This document shows positions 43,565 to 51,010 of a stretch of 55,870 nt of DNA, piece by piece (the stretch's first letter is position 1; each line of letters opens with the position of its first letter). The stretch lies in the IMG/VR virus record IMGVR_UViG_3300000059_000001, positions 1 through 55,870 of that record. One strand, given 5' to 3'. The notes beneath the pieces were generated by a model that saw only the letters and a list, made by a program, of their open reading frames with translations, was not told the origin of the DNA and ran no database searches. This stretch comes from a virus. The translations under genes and the position numbers were made by a program.

Positions 43565-43663
43565 CTATGTACATAGTATACCATTTACCATGTACGTTGT
43601 AAATTGGTAAAAGCCAACAAACTATGTACGTTGTTTTAGTGCAATATAACTATGTACATAGTA
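43565..43663. promoter_or_regulatory. Four ATGTAC-core boxes in a divergent promoter region (operator candidates)
   Basis: ctatgtacatagta at 43565 and 43650 (contains 10-bp palindrome tatgtacata); (c/t)atgtacgttgt at 43589 and 43623. Confidence 0.6.
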
Positions 43664-43718
43664 AATTCAATAAGTTATACTTATTATGATACTAAACAAA
43701 AATGAAAAGAGGTGTTAC

Positions 43719-43904
43719 ATGGCATATAATGAGAATAAGGCTAAGTACAATATAGAATATGCAAAAGCTAAATTAAAGCGCATTCCCTTAGATGTCCAGA
43801 AAGAAAAATATGAGCAAATTAGGGCCGCTGCTGATTCTGCAGGGGAAAAAGTGAATGCTTATATAAAGAAAGCCATCGATGAGCGCATAGAACGTGAAAG
43901 ATAG
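43719..43904 (+). CDS. Ribbon-helix-helix (Arc/CopG-like) protein
   Basis: AGAGGTG SD; LKRIPLDVQKEKYEQIRAAADSAGEKVNAYIKKAIDERI. Confidence 0.55.
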   Translation: MAYNENKAKYNIEYAKAKLKRIPLDVQKEKYEQIRAAADSAGEKVNAYIKKAIDERIERER

Positions 43905-44058
43905 CCCTACCAGGGCAAAGAAAATGCACAATTGGGGATATTTACAATCTACAAAAGGTGCTATAGTATTCCATACAAAAAATAATTTACCTCTATACAA
44001 CAAACATATATTCTGATACAATAACCAGAACATACGTTTAATAAATAGAGGTTTTTTT

Positions 44059-44367
44059 ATGCCATTTATGACAGAGCACAGTAACTGGGTAAAAGACTAC
44101 ACACCCAGAGAATACAAGAGAACAAAGAAAATAGCAGTTTTATGTATGATGTATGATGGTAAAATTACTCCCTATCTTATTAAATTAGAGGACGAATATG
44201 GAGTAATCCAAACCATAGATAAAATAAAATTGCTTTATGATGAGCGGAAATACTATCAAAATACCTTAACATTTGAGCACCATTGCCTTATTCTGATACA
44301 GAACCGGCAGTACGATGTGTTGTTGATATACTATCCAAGTGACAGTAGGTGGACCATGGTTTATTAA
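44059..44367 (+). CDS. Hypothetical protein (102 aa)
   Basis: ORF only; AGAGG upstream. Confidence 0.45.
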   Translation: MPFMTEHSNWVKDYTPREYKRTKKIAVLCMMYDGKITPYLIKLEDEYGVIQTIDKIKLLYDERKYYQNTLTFEHHCLILIQNRQYDVLLIYYPSDSRWTMVY

Positions 44368-44592
44368 TTTGCTCAAGCATAGCATACAAAACTAAAAAAC
44401 CAACAGCTGATCAATAAGAAAATCGATTGAGCAATGCAGAGGGCTTTTGATGCCTGACCAATATTACCATACTCCTTGAGTAAAAATCAAACTGGCATAA
44501 TCTGTTATATTTTCTTTTTTTCCCTGATTACTGCTATTTTTATCTATGATAGTATATTATTTAGAGATTCTACTTGATAGGAGATAGATACT

Positions 44593-45288
44593 ATGAAACA
44601 AATGTGCCTTGCAAAGCCATATTTTAAAACGGCTAGAATACAGGCCGGCTATACCCAGACCAAACTTGCATATATACTTGATTGTCCCGCCTCTTATATT
44701 AATATGATTGAGTTCGGGAAGCAGCGCTTAAATATTACACTGGCAACTACGCTGTGTGATTTATTATCCGTTAAACTTGAAGATACTTTTACTCTTATTC
44801 CATTACCAATATCTAAAAAAGTTGAAAAGAATAAATCAAAGAATTTGCTTTCTTATCCTGACAATTTATTCAAAGCAATTGGAGTTCCAAAAGAAGAAGC
44901 AACTGTCAAAACATTGGAACAACTGGAATACTGTTTAACGCCTACTCAACTGATTGTGATTCGCGCTATTTACAAATTAACTCTCCGACCTAAAGAAATT
45001 AGCATGATTAGAAATACTACTATAGATAACATATCATCCGTAAAAAGAAACTCTATTAAAAAAATGCAAAAGAGATTTTTGCATTTTGACGAGGATATCA
45101 GAGAAATGAAACTCAGCACACGAACGTACACTGTTTTACATAAAGCTGGAATAAAAAATATAAATCAATTATTAACTGCCATTGAATATAATCGACTTAT
45201 TCAAATCAATAATTGCAGTGAGAATACTATGAGTGAAATCTTAAAAGCGTTAGATACTTATTATCACAATAAAAAAGAGTTAGCCTAG
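44593..45288 (+). CDS. Composite regulator: XRE HTH + sigma-region-4-like segment + RNAP alpha-CTD-like helix-hairpin-helix
   Basis: ARIQAGYTQTKLAYILDCPASYINMIEFGKQ; LTPTQLIVIRAIY...ISSVKRNSIKKM; MKLSTRTYTVLHKAGIKNINQLL...NCSENTMSEILKAL. Confidence 0.6.
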   Translation: MKQMCLAKPYFKTARIQAGYTQTKLAYILDCPASYINMIEFGKQRLNITLATTLCDLLSVKLEDTFTLIPLPISKKVEKNKSKNLLSYPDNLFKAIGVPKEEATVKTLEQLEYCLTPTQLIVIRAIYKLTLRPKEISMIRNTTIDNISSVKRNSIKKMQKRFLHFDEDIREMKLSTRTYTVLHKAGIKNINQLLTAIEYNRLIQINNCSENTMSEILKALDTYYHNKKELA

Positions 45289-45365
45289 TCGAGGATCGAT
45301 GTACCAGATCTAAACCTTATAAATATAGTAATAGGATATACCACAGAAGATGATATATATTTATA

Positions 45366-45461
45366 AAAGTATACTTTTTTACAGATATGTCTTTAAATTT
45401 GATTATATATATAAGGACATCTGTAAAATTAATTATAGATATATTTGTAAAAGTATACTTT
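45366..45461. promoter_or_regulatory. Two copies of the 12-bp palindrome AAAGTATACTTT, 84 bp apart
   Basis: 45366-45377 and 45450-45461; an imperfect inverted repeat ttacagat(a)tgtc / gacatctgtaa lies between them. Confidence 0.65.
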
Positions 45462-45599
45462 TATAGATAACATCGTAAATCTATTTTTGTTGCTTCTCTT
45501 GCTTAAAGCTTTGTAGATACCATGAATTACCTGTTTTCATATTTATTTATTGTATGTTAGTATATAAAAGATTGAATAAAAAAAGAGAAGGAGAAAAAT

Positions 45600-46400
45600 A
45601 TGGAACAAAACTTAGCTATGGTGATCTACATAAATATTTTCGAAAATTTCGGAATGGCTTGCGTGGTCTTTGCACTGAACGGCATGAAGATTAAAGATAT
45701 TATCGAAAAAATTAAACAGGTGAAACCTATTTTACTGACTATGTTTTTTGTTGTTCTGTTCGGGACTGTGAATGGATTTATTGCATATAAAGTCAATTTA
45801 AACAATTATAAATTTATTATATACATATCTGCTTTCTTATCTATTCTTGTGCTGAATCAATTATGTCAAAAAGAATTACCTCGTTACCGCTTAAAAAAAA
45901 TATTTGCACAATTGGATTTATTACATGTTTTATATATGTTTTGTATTACTTTCATTTTACAATATGTTTTCCAGGTGGTGGCAGTCAGAGCCGCGGAGCC
46001 CTTGAAATTGTACAGTGAGATACAATTTATGATATTTACAGTGGTACTCATGGTGGTGCTATCAGTAATTTCTTATATACAACCACTCTCATTAAGTAAA
46101 ATTATTTTGATGGCAAAACAAAGAATCCTTTATCGCTTGTATCTGTTTGCAACATTAGCAGCAGTAATATATGTAACCTATGGGTACAATATGCTAATAA
46201 AGCACTCTCAGTATATTGTATTTTGGATCGCAGTAGTTGGACTTTTTGGTATCTTTGTAAAAGATATGGTATTAAAAAAAGATACCTATGAAAATTTTGG
46301 GAAAATAAATAATAAGGATAATATAAAATATCTAAAAGGACTCACGGACGAAATGGGACATCAAGAGAATAAATACAACGATTTAGGAGAGGAGGATTAA
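45600..46400 (+). CDS. Polytopic membrane protein (266 aa)
   Basis: GGAGAAAAA SD; about 6-7 TM helices and a charged C-terminal tail; family not recognised. Confidence 0.6.
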   Translation: MEQNLAMVIYINIFENFGMACVVFALNGMKIKDIIEKIKQVKPILLTMFFVVLFGTVNGFIAYKVNLNNYKFIIYISAFLSILVLNQLCQKELPRYRLKKIFAQLDLLHVLYMFCITFILQYVFQVVAVRAAEPLKLYSEIQFMIFTVVLMVVLSVISYIQPLSLSKIILMAKQRILYRLYLFATLAAVIYVTYGYNMLIKHSQYIVFWIAVVGLFGIFVKDMVLKKDTYENFGKINNKDNIKYLKGLTDEMGHQENKYNDLGEED

Positions 46401-46831
46401 TCCCCCTCTCCTAATAAATTTGTAATCATGGCATCTATCACATCCTGTCCGCTTTGATTAAGACGTTCGATGCGTTCAATGCGTTCCAATTCTATTTCTT
46501 TTGACTTTCTCTTTAACATATCTCTTAATCGTTGTCTACCCGGACTACTAAGTGTATGTATATCCAATAGTAGTGCAAAATCTTCTCTACCTGTTTGTTC
46601 CATTGATACCCTATCCATTGGAACATCTTTTCCTCTAAGCCAATCTTCACTTACATTGAGAGCCTCTGCTAGTTTTTCTATATTTTTCGGCTTTGGTTCA
46701 TAATCCCCCGAAATATAGGTACTGATGGAAGATTTACCAATTTTAGTCCTCTTTACTAAATCAGCTTGCTTCATATCTCTAATACTCATTGCTTTTTGTA
46801 TTCTATTAGAGATTGTATCCATAGTATTCAT
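46397..46831 (-). CDS. XRE/CI-like repressor
   Basis: MKQADLVKRTKIGKSSISTYISGDYEPK HTH; divergent from the Cro-like gene. Confidence 0.7.
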   Translation of the reverse strand: MNTMDTISNRIQKAMSIRDMKQADLVKRTKIGKSSISTYISGDYEPKPKNIEKLAEALNVSEDWLRGKDVPMDRVSMEQTGREDFALLLDIHTLSSPGRQRLRDMLKRKSKEIELERIERIERLNQSGQDVIDAMITNLLGEGD

Positions 46832-46940
46832 CACTTCCCTTCTTACATTTAACCTTTAAAGTATAATACCATATATGTTCAGAAAATACAACGTTATATA
46901 GAAAAAACAGAAAAAAGTTCAGCAAAGAGGAAAAAAGTAT

Positions 46941-46969
46941 TTGACACAGAACGTCATACATGTTACCAT
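46941..46969 (+). promoter_or_regulatory. Promoter of the Cro-like/antirepressor operon, with GTTCAGNAA repeats nearby
   Basis: TTGACA 46941-46946, 17-nt spacer, TACCAT 46964-46969; gttcag(a/c)aa at ~46878, ~46917 and ~46971. Confidence 0.5.
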
Positions 46970-47004
46970 GAGTTCAGAAACAAGAACGAATAGAGGTGAA
47001 AGAC

Positions 47005-47238
47005 ATGCAATATGATTACAGCAAGCTTAGGGAAAGAATCAGAGATGTATTTCATACACAATCCCGATTTGCGGATGCAATCGGGATGGGACGAGTATCT
47101 TTGAACTTGAGCCTTAATAACAAGAGACCTTTTAACCAACATGAAATTCAGAAAGCTTATACAGAGTTAGGTTTTGAATTAGCCGAGGTACCGGCATATT
47201 TTTTTACAGAAAAAGTTCAGAAACAGGAACAAAAATAA
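47005..47238 (+). CDS. DUF739/Cro-like small HTH protein
   Basis: YSKLRERIRDVFHTQSRFADAIGMGRVSLNLSLNNKRPF..HEI...YFF pattern; AGAGGTG SD. Confidence 0.6.
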   Translation: MQYDYSKLRERIRDVFHTQSRFADAIGMGRVSLNLSLNNKRPFNQHEIQKAYTELGFELAEVPAYFFTEKVQKQEQK

Positions 47239-47281
47239 TCCAGTAATATCAAACAACAGAAAACATCAGGAGGACAAAAGA

Positions 47282-48064
47282 ATGGACAGAACACAAACAG
47301 TAGAAATTTATAATCAGGAAGTAGCAGTAAAGGAGTACGGAGGCAAAAGAGTTGTAACATTTAAAGATATCGATACCGTACATCAACGCCCCATCGGAAC
47401 AGCAAACAAAAGGTTTTTGGATAATAGGGATAAATTTATTGCAGGAGTTGATTTCTTCAAAATTAGTTATTCCGAAATTCGGAAAAACAAAATAATGCAA
47501 ATTTCTGGGTCAACACGCAGGGATGTAACATTTGTTACAGAGTCGGGGTACTTAATGTTGGTAAAATCATTTACGGATGATTTGGCCTGGAGAGTGCAGC
47601 GTGAATTAGTAAATTCATATTTTGGGAAAACACCAGAAGTACAAAATGTTTACCCAGAACAATCTGATCCAGGTTTTGATTTTTATCTTAAAGCGGCAGA
47701 AATCATTGCTGGCCTGTCAGTCAATGACCAGTATGTTATCAATTGTCTACGGCATGTAATTCCTGATATTGATGTAAATTGTAGCCAAAAACAAAATGAG
47801 AACGAAGACATAAATACTAAAATCGAAAAATCTCAACCGAAATTCTGGAAACCAGGTGTTAATATTGATCGAAGGTTACTCCGTTCGGTAATGGTAAAAA
47901 GAGCTTTAAGTAAAGCAAAACTTGCCCAAATGGTCGGTGTATCTGCGCTTACTATAGATAATTGGTTGACGGGAAAGACAAGACCAGAACAAAAAAACTT
48001 TCATAATTTGTGTAGGGTGCTAGGTAAGGATTTAAATTATTTCACATTAAATAAAATAGCGTAA
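47282..48064 (+). CDS. ORF6N/antirepressor-like N-terminal domain fused to a C-terminal XRE HTH
   Basis: RVVTFKDIDTVHQRP..TANKRFLDNRDKFIAGVDFF...TESGYLMLVKSF; C-terminal KLAQMVGVSALTIDNWLTGKTRP. Confidence 0.6.
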   Translation: MDRTQTVEIYNQEVAVKEYGGKRVVTFKDIDTVHQRPIGTANKRFLDNRDKFIAGVDFFKISYSEIRKNKIMQISGSTRRDVTFVTESGYLMLVKSFTDDLAWRVQRELVNSYFGKTPEVQNVYPEQSDPGFDFYLKAAEIIAGLSVNDQYVINCLRHVIPDIDVNCSQKQNENEDINTKIEKSQPKFWKPGVNIDRRLLRSVMVKRALSKAKLAQMVGVSALTIDNWLTGKTRPEQKNFHNLCRVLGKDLNYFTLNKIA

Positions 48065-48266
48065 ATTTGGCATTTCTTTACCAGATGATTTTGTAAAGAT
48101 GCTGGATGATTAAATGATATATCACTGTACATTGAAAATTTCATAAAAAATAAAATAGTAACCAAAAGGAACACTTGTTCGAAAAATGTGTTTACAAACT
48201 ATAATTATAATGATATTATAGAACACGTGTTTTGATTTTTGAATTCTAATTAAGGAGGAATATACA

Positions 48267-48662
48267 ATGAAAGAACGTACACGAAACATTATATCGCTAA
48301 GAGAAAGAGGCATGTCATACCAAGAAATTGCTAACATATACAATGTTTCAAGGCAGCGGATACATCAGATCTTGAAATACCAGCCACATTTAAATTACAT
48401 AGAAAAAGTAGTGGTATATCCAAATCTGAAGAAGTGGATGAAAGAAAATAATTGTAATATATCAGAATTGAACCACCTAATGGGATTTAATAAAAATCAT
48501 AAAGCTATTCTGGGTAAAAAGCTAAAGGGGAAAGCAGACTTGAAGCTCATCGAAGCCCACAAGTTGCTAGAAGTCACAGGATTAAGTTTTGAAGAGTGTT
48601 TTTGTAAAGAGGACATAGCAGGCGACCAACCAAAGGCTATGTCCAATAATAAGACTGCTTAA
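48267..48662 (+). CDS. HTH protein (sigma-region-4/resolvase-type HTH)
   Basis: AAGGAGG SD; RERGMSYQEIANIYNVSRQRIHQIL. Confidence 0.55.
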   Translation: MKERTRNIISLRERGMSYQEIANIYNVSRQRIHQILKYQPHLNYIEKVVVYPNLKKWMKENNCNISELNHLMGFNKNHKAILGKKLKGKADLKLIEAHKLLEVTGLSFEECFCKEDIAGDQPKAMSNNKTA

Positions 48663-48756
48663 ATAAAGCGATATATGCATTATGTGATGCTCATTTTAGA
48701 TAACTGAATAGTTAATTGAATAATTAACAAATAGGACTCTCACGTCTTCTAATAGA

Positions 48757-49113
48757 TTACAAATCTGATTTCTGCTTAATATGATTTTTGTACATATTAA
48801 CCATATTTAGAATATACAGTTGTTCTTCTTCTGATAATTCTTTCGCAGTAGAATAAATCTCTGATAATATTTTTGCACTTTTCATAGATTCTGTACTATT
48901 TGTCATATCTCCTTCATTATATAACAGCCATTCTATATTTATATTTAGAGTTTGACAAATAGCATTAATTACAATTTTTTGGGGATCAGTCGTTTTATCT
49001 TTCTCGATATTATAGATTACACCTCTTGAAACACCAATAGTATCAGCTAAAGCTTCTTGCGTGAAACCATTTTTTTTTCGAGCTACAACTAAGCGCTCAC
49101 CTAGAGTACTCAT
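48757..49113 (-). CDS. XRE-family repressor
   Basis: CAGGAGG SD before ATG 49113; LGERLVVARKKNGFTQEALADTIGVSRGVIYNIEKDK. Confidence 0.7.
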   Translation of the reverse strand: MSTLGERLVVARKKNGFTQEALADTIGVSRGVIYNIEKDKTTDPQKIVINAICQTLNINIEWLLYNEGDMTNSTESMKSAKILSEIYSTAKELSEEEQLYILNMVNMYKNHIKQKSDL

Positions 49114-49172
49114 CAAATCACCTCCTGAAGTAAATATATCATAGCAAAAATTCATTGTCAAATCATTTTTTC

Positions 49173-49250
49173 ATTAACAAAGCAATACTTTTAATTTGTG
49201 ATTCATTGACAAAGCATTTTAGAGATGTTAAAATGCAATTACAAAGCAAT
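49173..49250. promoter_or_regulatory. Three ATT(A/G)ACAAAGCA(A/T)T boxes overlapping a plus-strand promoter
   Basis: Boxes at 49173-49186, 49205-49218 and 49238-49250; TTGACA 49206-49211, 17-nt spacer, TAAAAT 49229-49234. Confidence 0.6.
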
Positions 49251-49267
49251 AGAAAGGAGGAGATGCT

Positions 49268-49441
49268 ATGTCAATGCAAAATAAACAAAATCATTCAAAC
49301 AAAGTTTTGGATAAAATAATAGCTAATGCAACAGAGCTCCCATATGACTATCAAGAACGAATACGAGATATAGTAGATGCAATGGCATATACAAAAAGCG
49401 TTAAAGAGAAAACTGAAAAATTTACTCAACCCCTTGTATAA
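49268..49441 (+). CDS. Small hypothetical protein (57 aa)
   Basis: AGGAGG 8 nt before ATG 49268; below ORF-track cut-off. Confidence 0.5.
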   Translation: MSMQNKQNHSNKVLDKIIANATELPYDYQERIRDIVDAMAYTKSVKEKTEKFTQPLV

Positions 49442-49478
49442 AGCATCTACCATTACTAATTTAATTTTTTATAATATT

Positions 49479-49520
49479 CTTTCTGCGTAAATAAGGAGAA
49501 ATTTTCATTTACGCAGAAAG
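49479..49520 (+). promoter_or_regulatory. 14-bp perfect hairpin whose 3' arm overlaps the SD of the 49531 gene
   Basis: ctttctgcgtaaat (49479-49492) / atttacgcagaaag (49507-49520); no T-run follows. Confidence 0.5.
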
Positions 49521-49530
49521 GATGTAGAAG

Positions 49531-49776
49531 ATGACAAATTTAGAAACAGCTGAAGTTAAATGGGCCATAGACATATCAATCTATAAAGATGGTCTTCCTT
49601 CGCTTAGTGCAAGGGAAGTCAATCCAGACGAAAAAGAGGATAGCGAAGTTTTTCCGTTCAGTTATAACCGGACATTAATTTTTAATAACAAAAGCGAGGC
49701 GCTACAATTTGCTTGTGACTATAATTTTGCCATGCGCTTATTAAGTTGTGAAGGGGGTGGTAGAAATGGTTCCTGA
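49531..49776 (+). CDS. Hypothetical protein (81 aa)
   Basis: ORF with AAAGGA SD. Confidence 0.5.
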   Translation: MTNLETAEVKWAIDISIYKDGLPSLSAREVNPDEKEDSEVFPFSYNRTLIFNNKSEALQFACDYNFAMRLLSCEGGGRNGS

Positions 49777-49963
49777 TAAGATGGGATCTTTATTAAGGGA
49801 ATACCGAACTCAATATCAAAAATGGATTACATTACTTGATTCGGAATACAACATCGGGCTGGAAATGCCCGATAATAAAGTATTGATGAAAATTGCCTTA
49901 CATGAAGCAACGAAGAAAATGCAGAAATTGAACAATATACTTGAAGGTGGGATTGATGGTTAA
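49766..49963 (+). CDS. Hypothetical protein (65 aa)
   Basis: GAAGGGGGTGG before ATG 49766; overlaps the upstream stop. Confidence 0.45.
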   Translation: MVPDKMGSLLREYRTQYQKWITLLDSEYNIGLEMPDNKVLMKIALHEATKKMQKLNNILEGGIDG

Positions 49964-50083
49964 TATGTTGCGCAAATGATCAAGGACATAGCAGGCGGCA
50001 ACCTAGCTATGTCCAATAAAAAAACAAACCTAACACAATTATAATGGTTACAAATTATAATTGCAAATAAAAGAGGAAAAATT

Positions 50084-50368
50084 ATGGATGAAATCAATAA
50101 ATGTCCCTATAAGGAGGGGGTTCGCATACTGGTTATTGCATGGACATCATACTATTTTGCCTTTCCGAAGCTACAAAAAAGGCAATTTGTATTGAACTAT
50201 GAAATTGAAGACATTGTTAGACTGCAGAACAAGAAAGATGGCAACATCATAAATGTATACAGGTTTAAGGGGCTAAAGGGATTCTTTACTTTAAAACCTA
50301 TTCCTGATAAAACCTTTCTGAGGATGGTAAAGGTAAAAATAAAAAAATACATGTATGCGGATTCATAA
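50084..50368 (+). CDS. Hypothetical protein (94 aa)
   Basis: AGAGGA SD; no motif recognised. Confidence 0.5.
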   Translation: MDEINKCPYKEGVRILVIAWTSYYFAFPKLQKRQFVLNYEIEDIVRLQNKKDGNIINVYRFKGLKGFFTLKPIPDKTFLRMVKVKIKKYMYADS

Positions 50369-50379
50369 TTTACAATACT

Positions 50380-50418
50380 ACCCCCTCTCTTACATAACAC
50401 TTGCGTAAGGGGGGGGGT
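50380..50418 (+). terminator. Hairpin containing a G9 homopolymer
   Basis: accccctctcttac ... gtaagggggggggt; G run at 50409-50417. Confidence 0.45.
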
Positions 50419-50509
50419 ATAAAAGTATGATATTAAATCCTACTGCCTTCCGGAATTAAGGCAGTAGGGGTAAGGAGTTCGAGAAATATTAGTTATTGGG
50501 TGGTGAGTT

Positions 50510-51004
50510 ATGACAGTTGAAGAAATAAAACAGACGTACACAATGACAGACATTCTTGAGAAATATCATTATCCGAAACCAAATAAAATAGGCTTCATAT
50601 GCTGTCCATTCCATGGAGAAAAAACAGCTTCTATGAAGATCCACCAAAACTATTATTATTGTTTTGGATGTGGAGAAACTGGAGATATATTTACCTTTGT
50701 CCAGAGGGCTTTAAATTTATCCTTTAAAGAAGCCTTCTTGGAATTAGGTGGATCGTATGAGGATAAGACAAATTCAGAAAGTTTTTCTGCAAAATTAAAA
50801 AAATACCATACGCAGAAAATGCAGTCAATGAAAAAGAACAAAGCTGCTCAACTCCAAAAGGACAGAGATCTAAACAATTTATTAATTGATATTTATCGAA
50901 AAAATTTAGAGATATTACAACCATTGACAGAGGATTGGGGATATTTGTATAACGCCCTACAGTATCAGCTGTACATACATGAAGAACTAAATAATTTGAG
51001 GTGA
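50510..51004 (+). CDS. CHC2 (DnaG-type) zinc-finger protein
   Basis: CPFHGEKTASMKI...YYCFGCGETGDIFTFV. Confidence 0.75.
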   Translation: MTVEEIKQTYTMTDILEKYHYPKPNKIGFICCPFHGEKTASMKIHQNYYYCFGCGETGDIFTFVQRALNLSFKEAFLELGGSYEDKTNSESFSAKLKKYHTQKMQSMKKNKAAQLQKDRDLNNLLIDIYRKNLEILQPLTEDWGYLYNALQYQLYIHEELNNLR

Positions 51005-51010
51005 TAGGTG

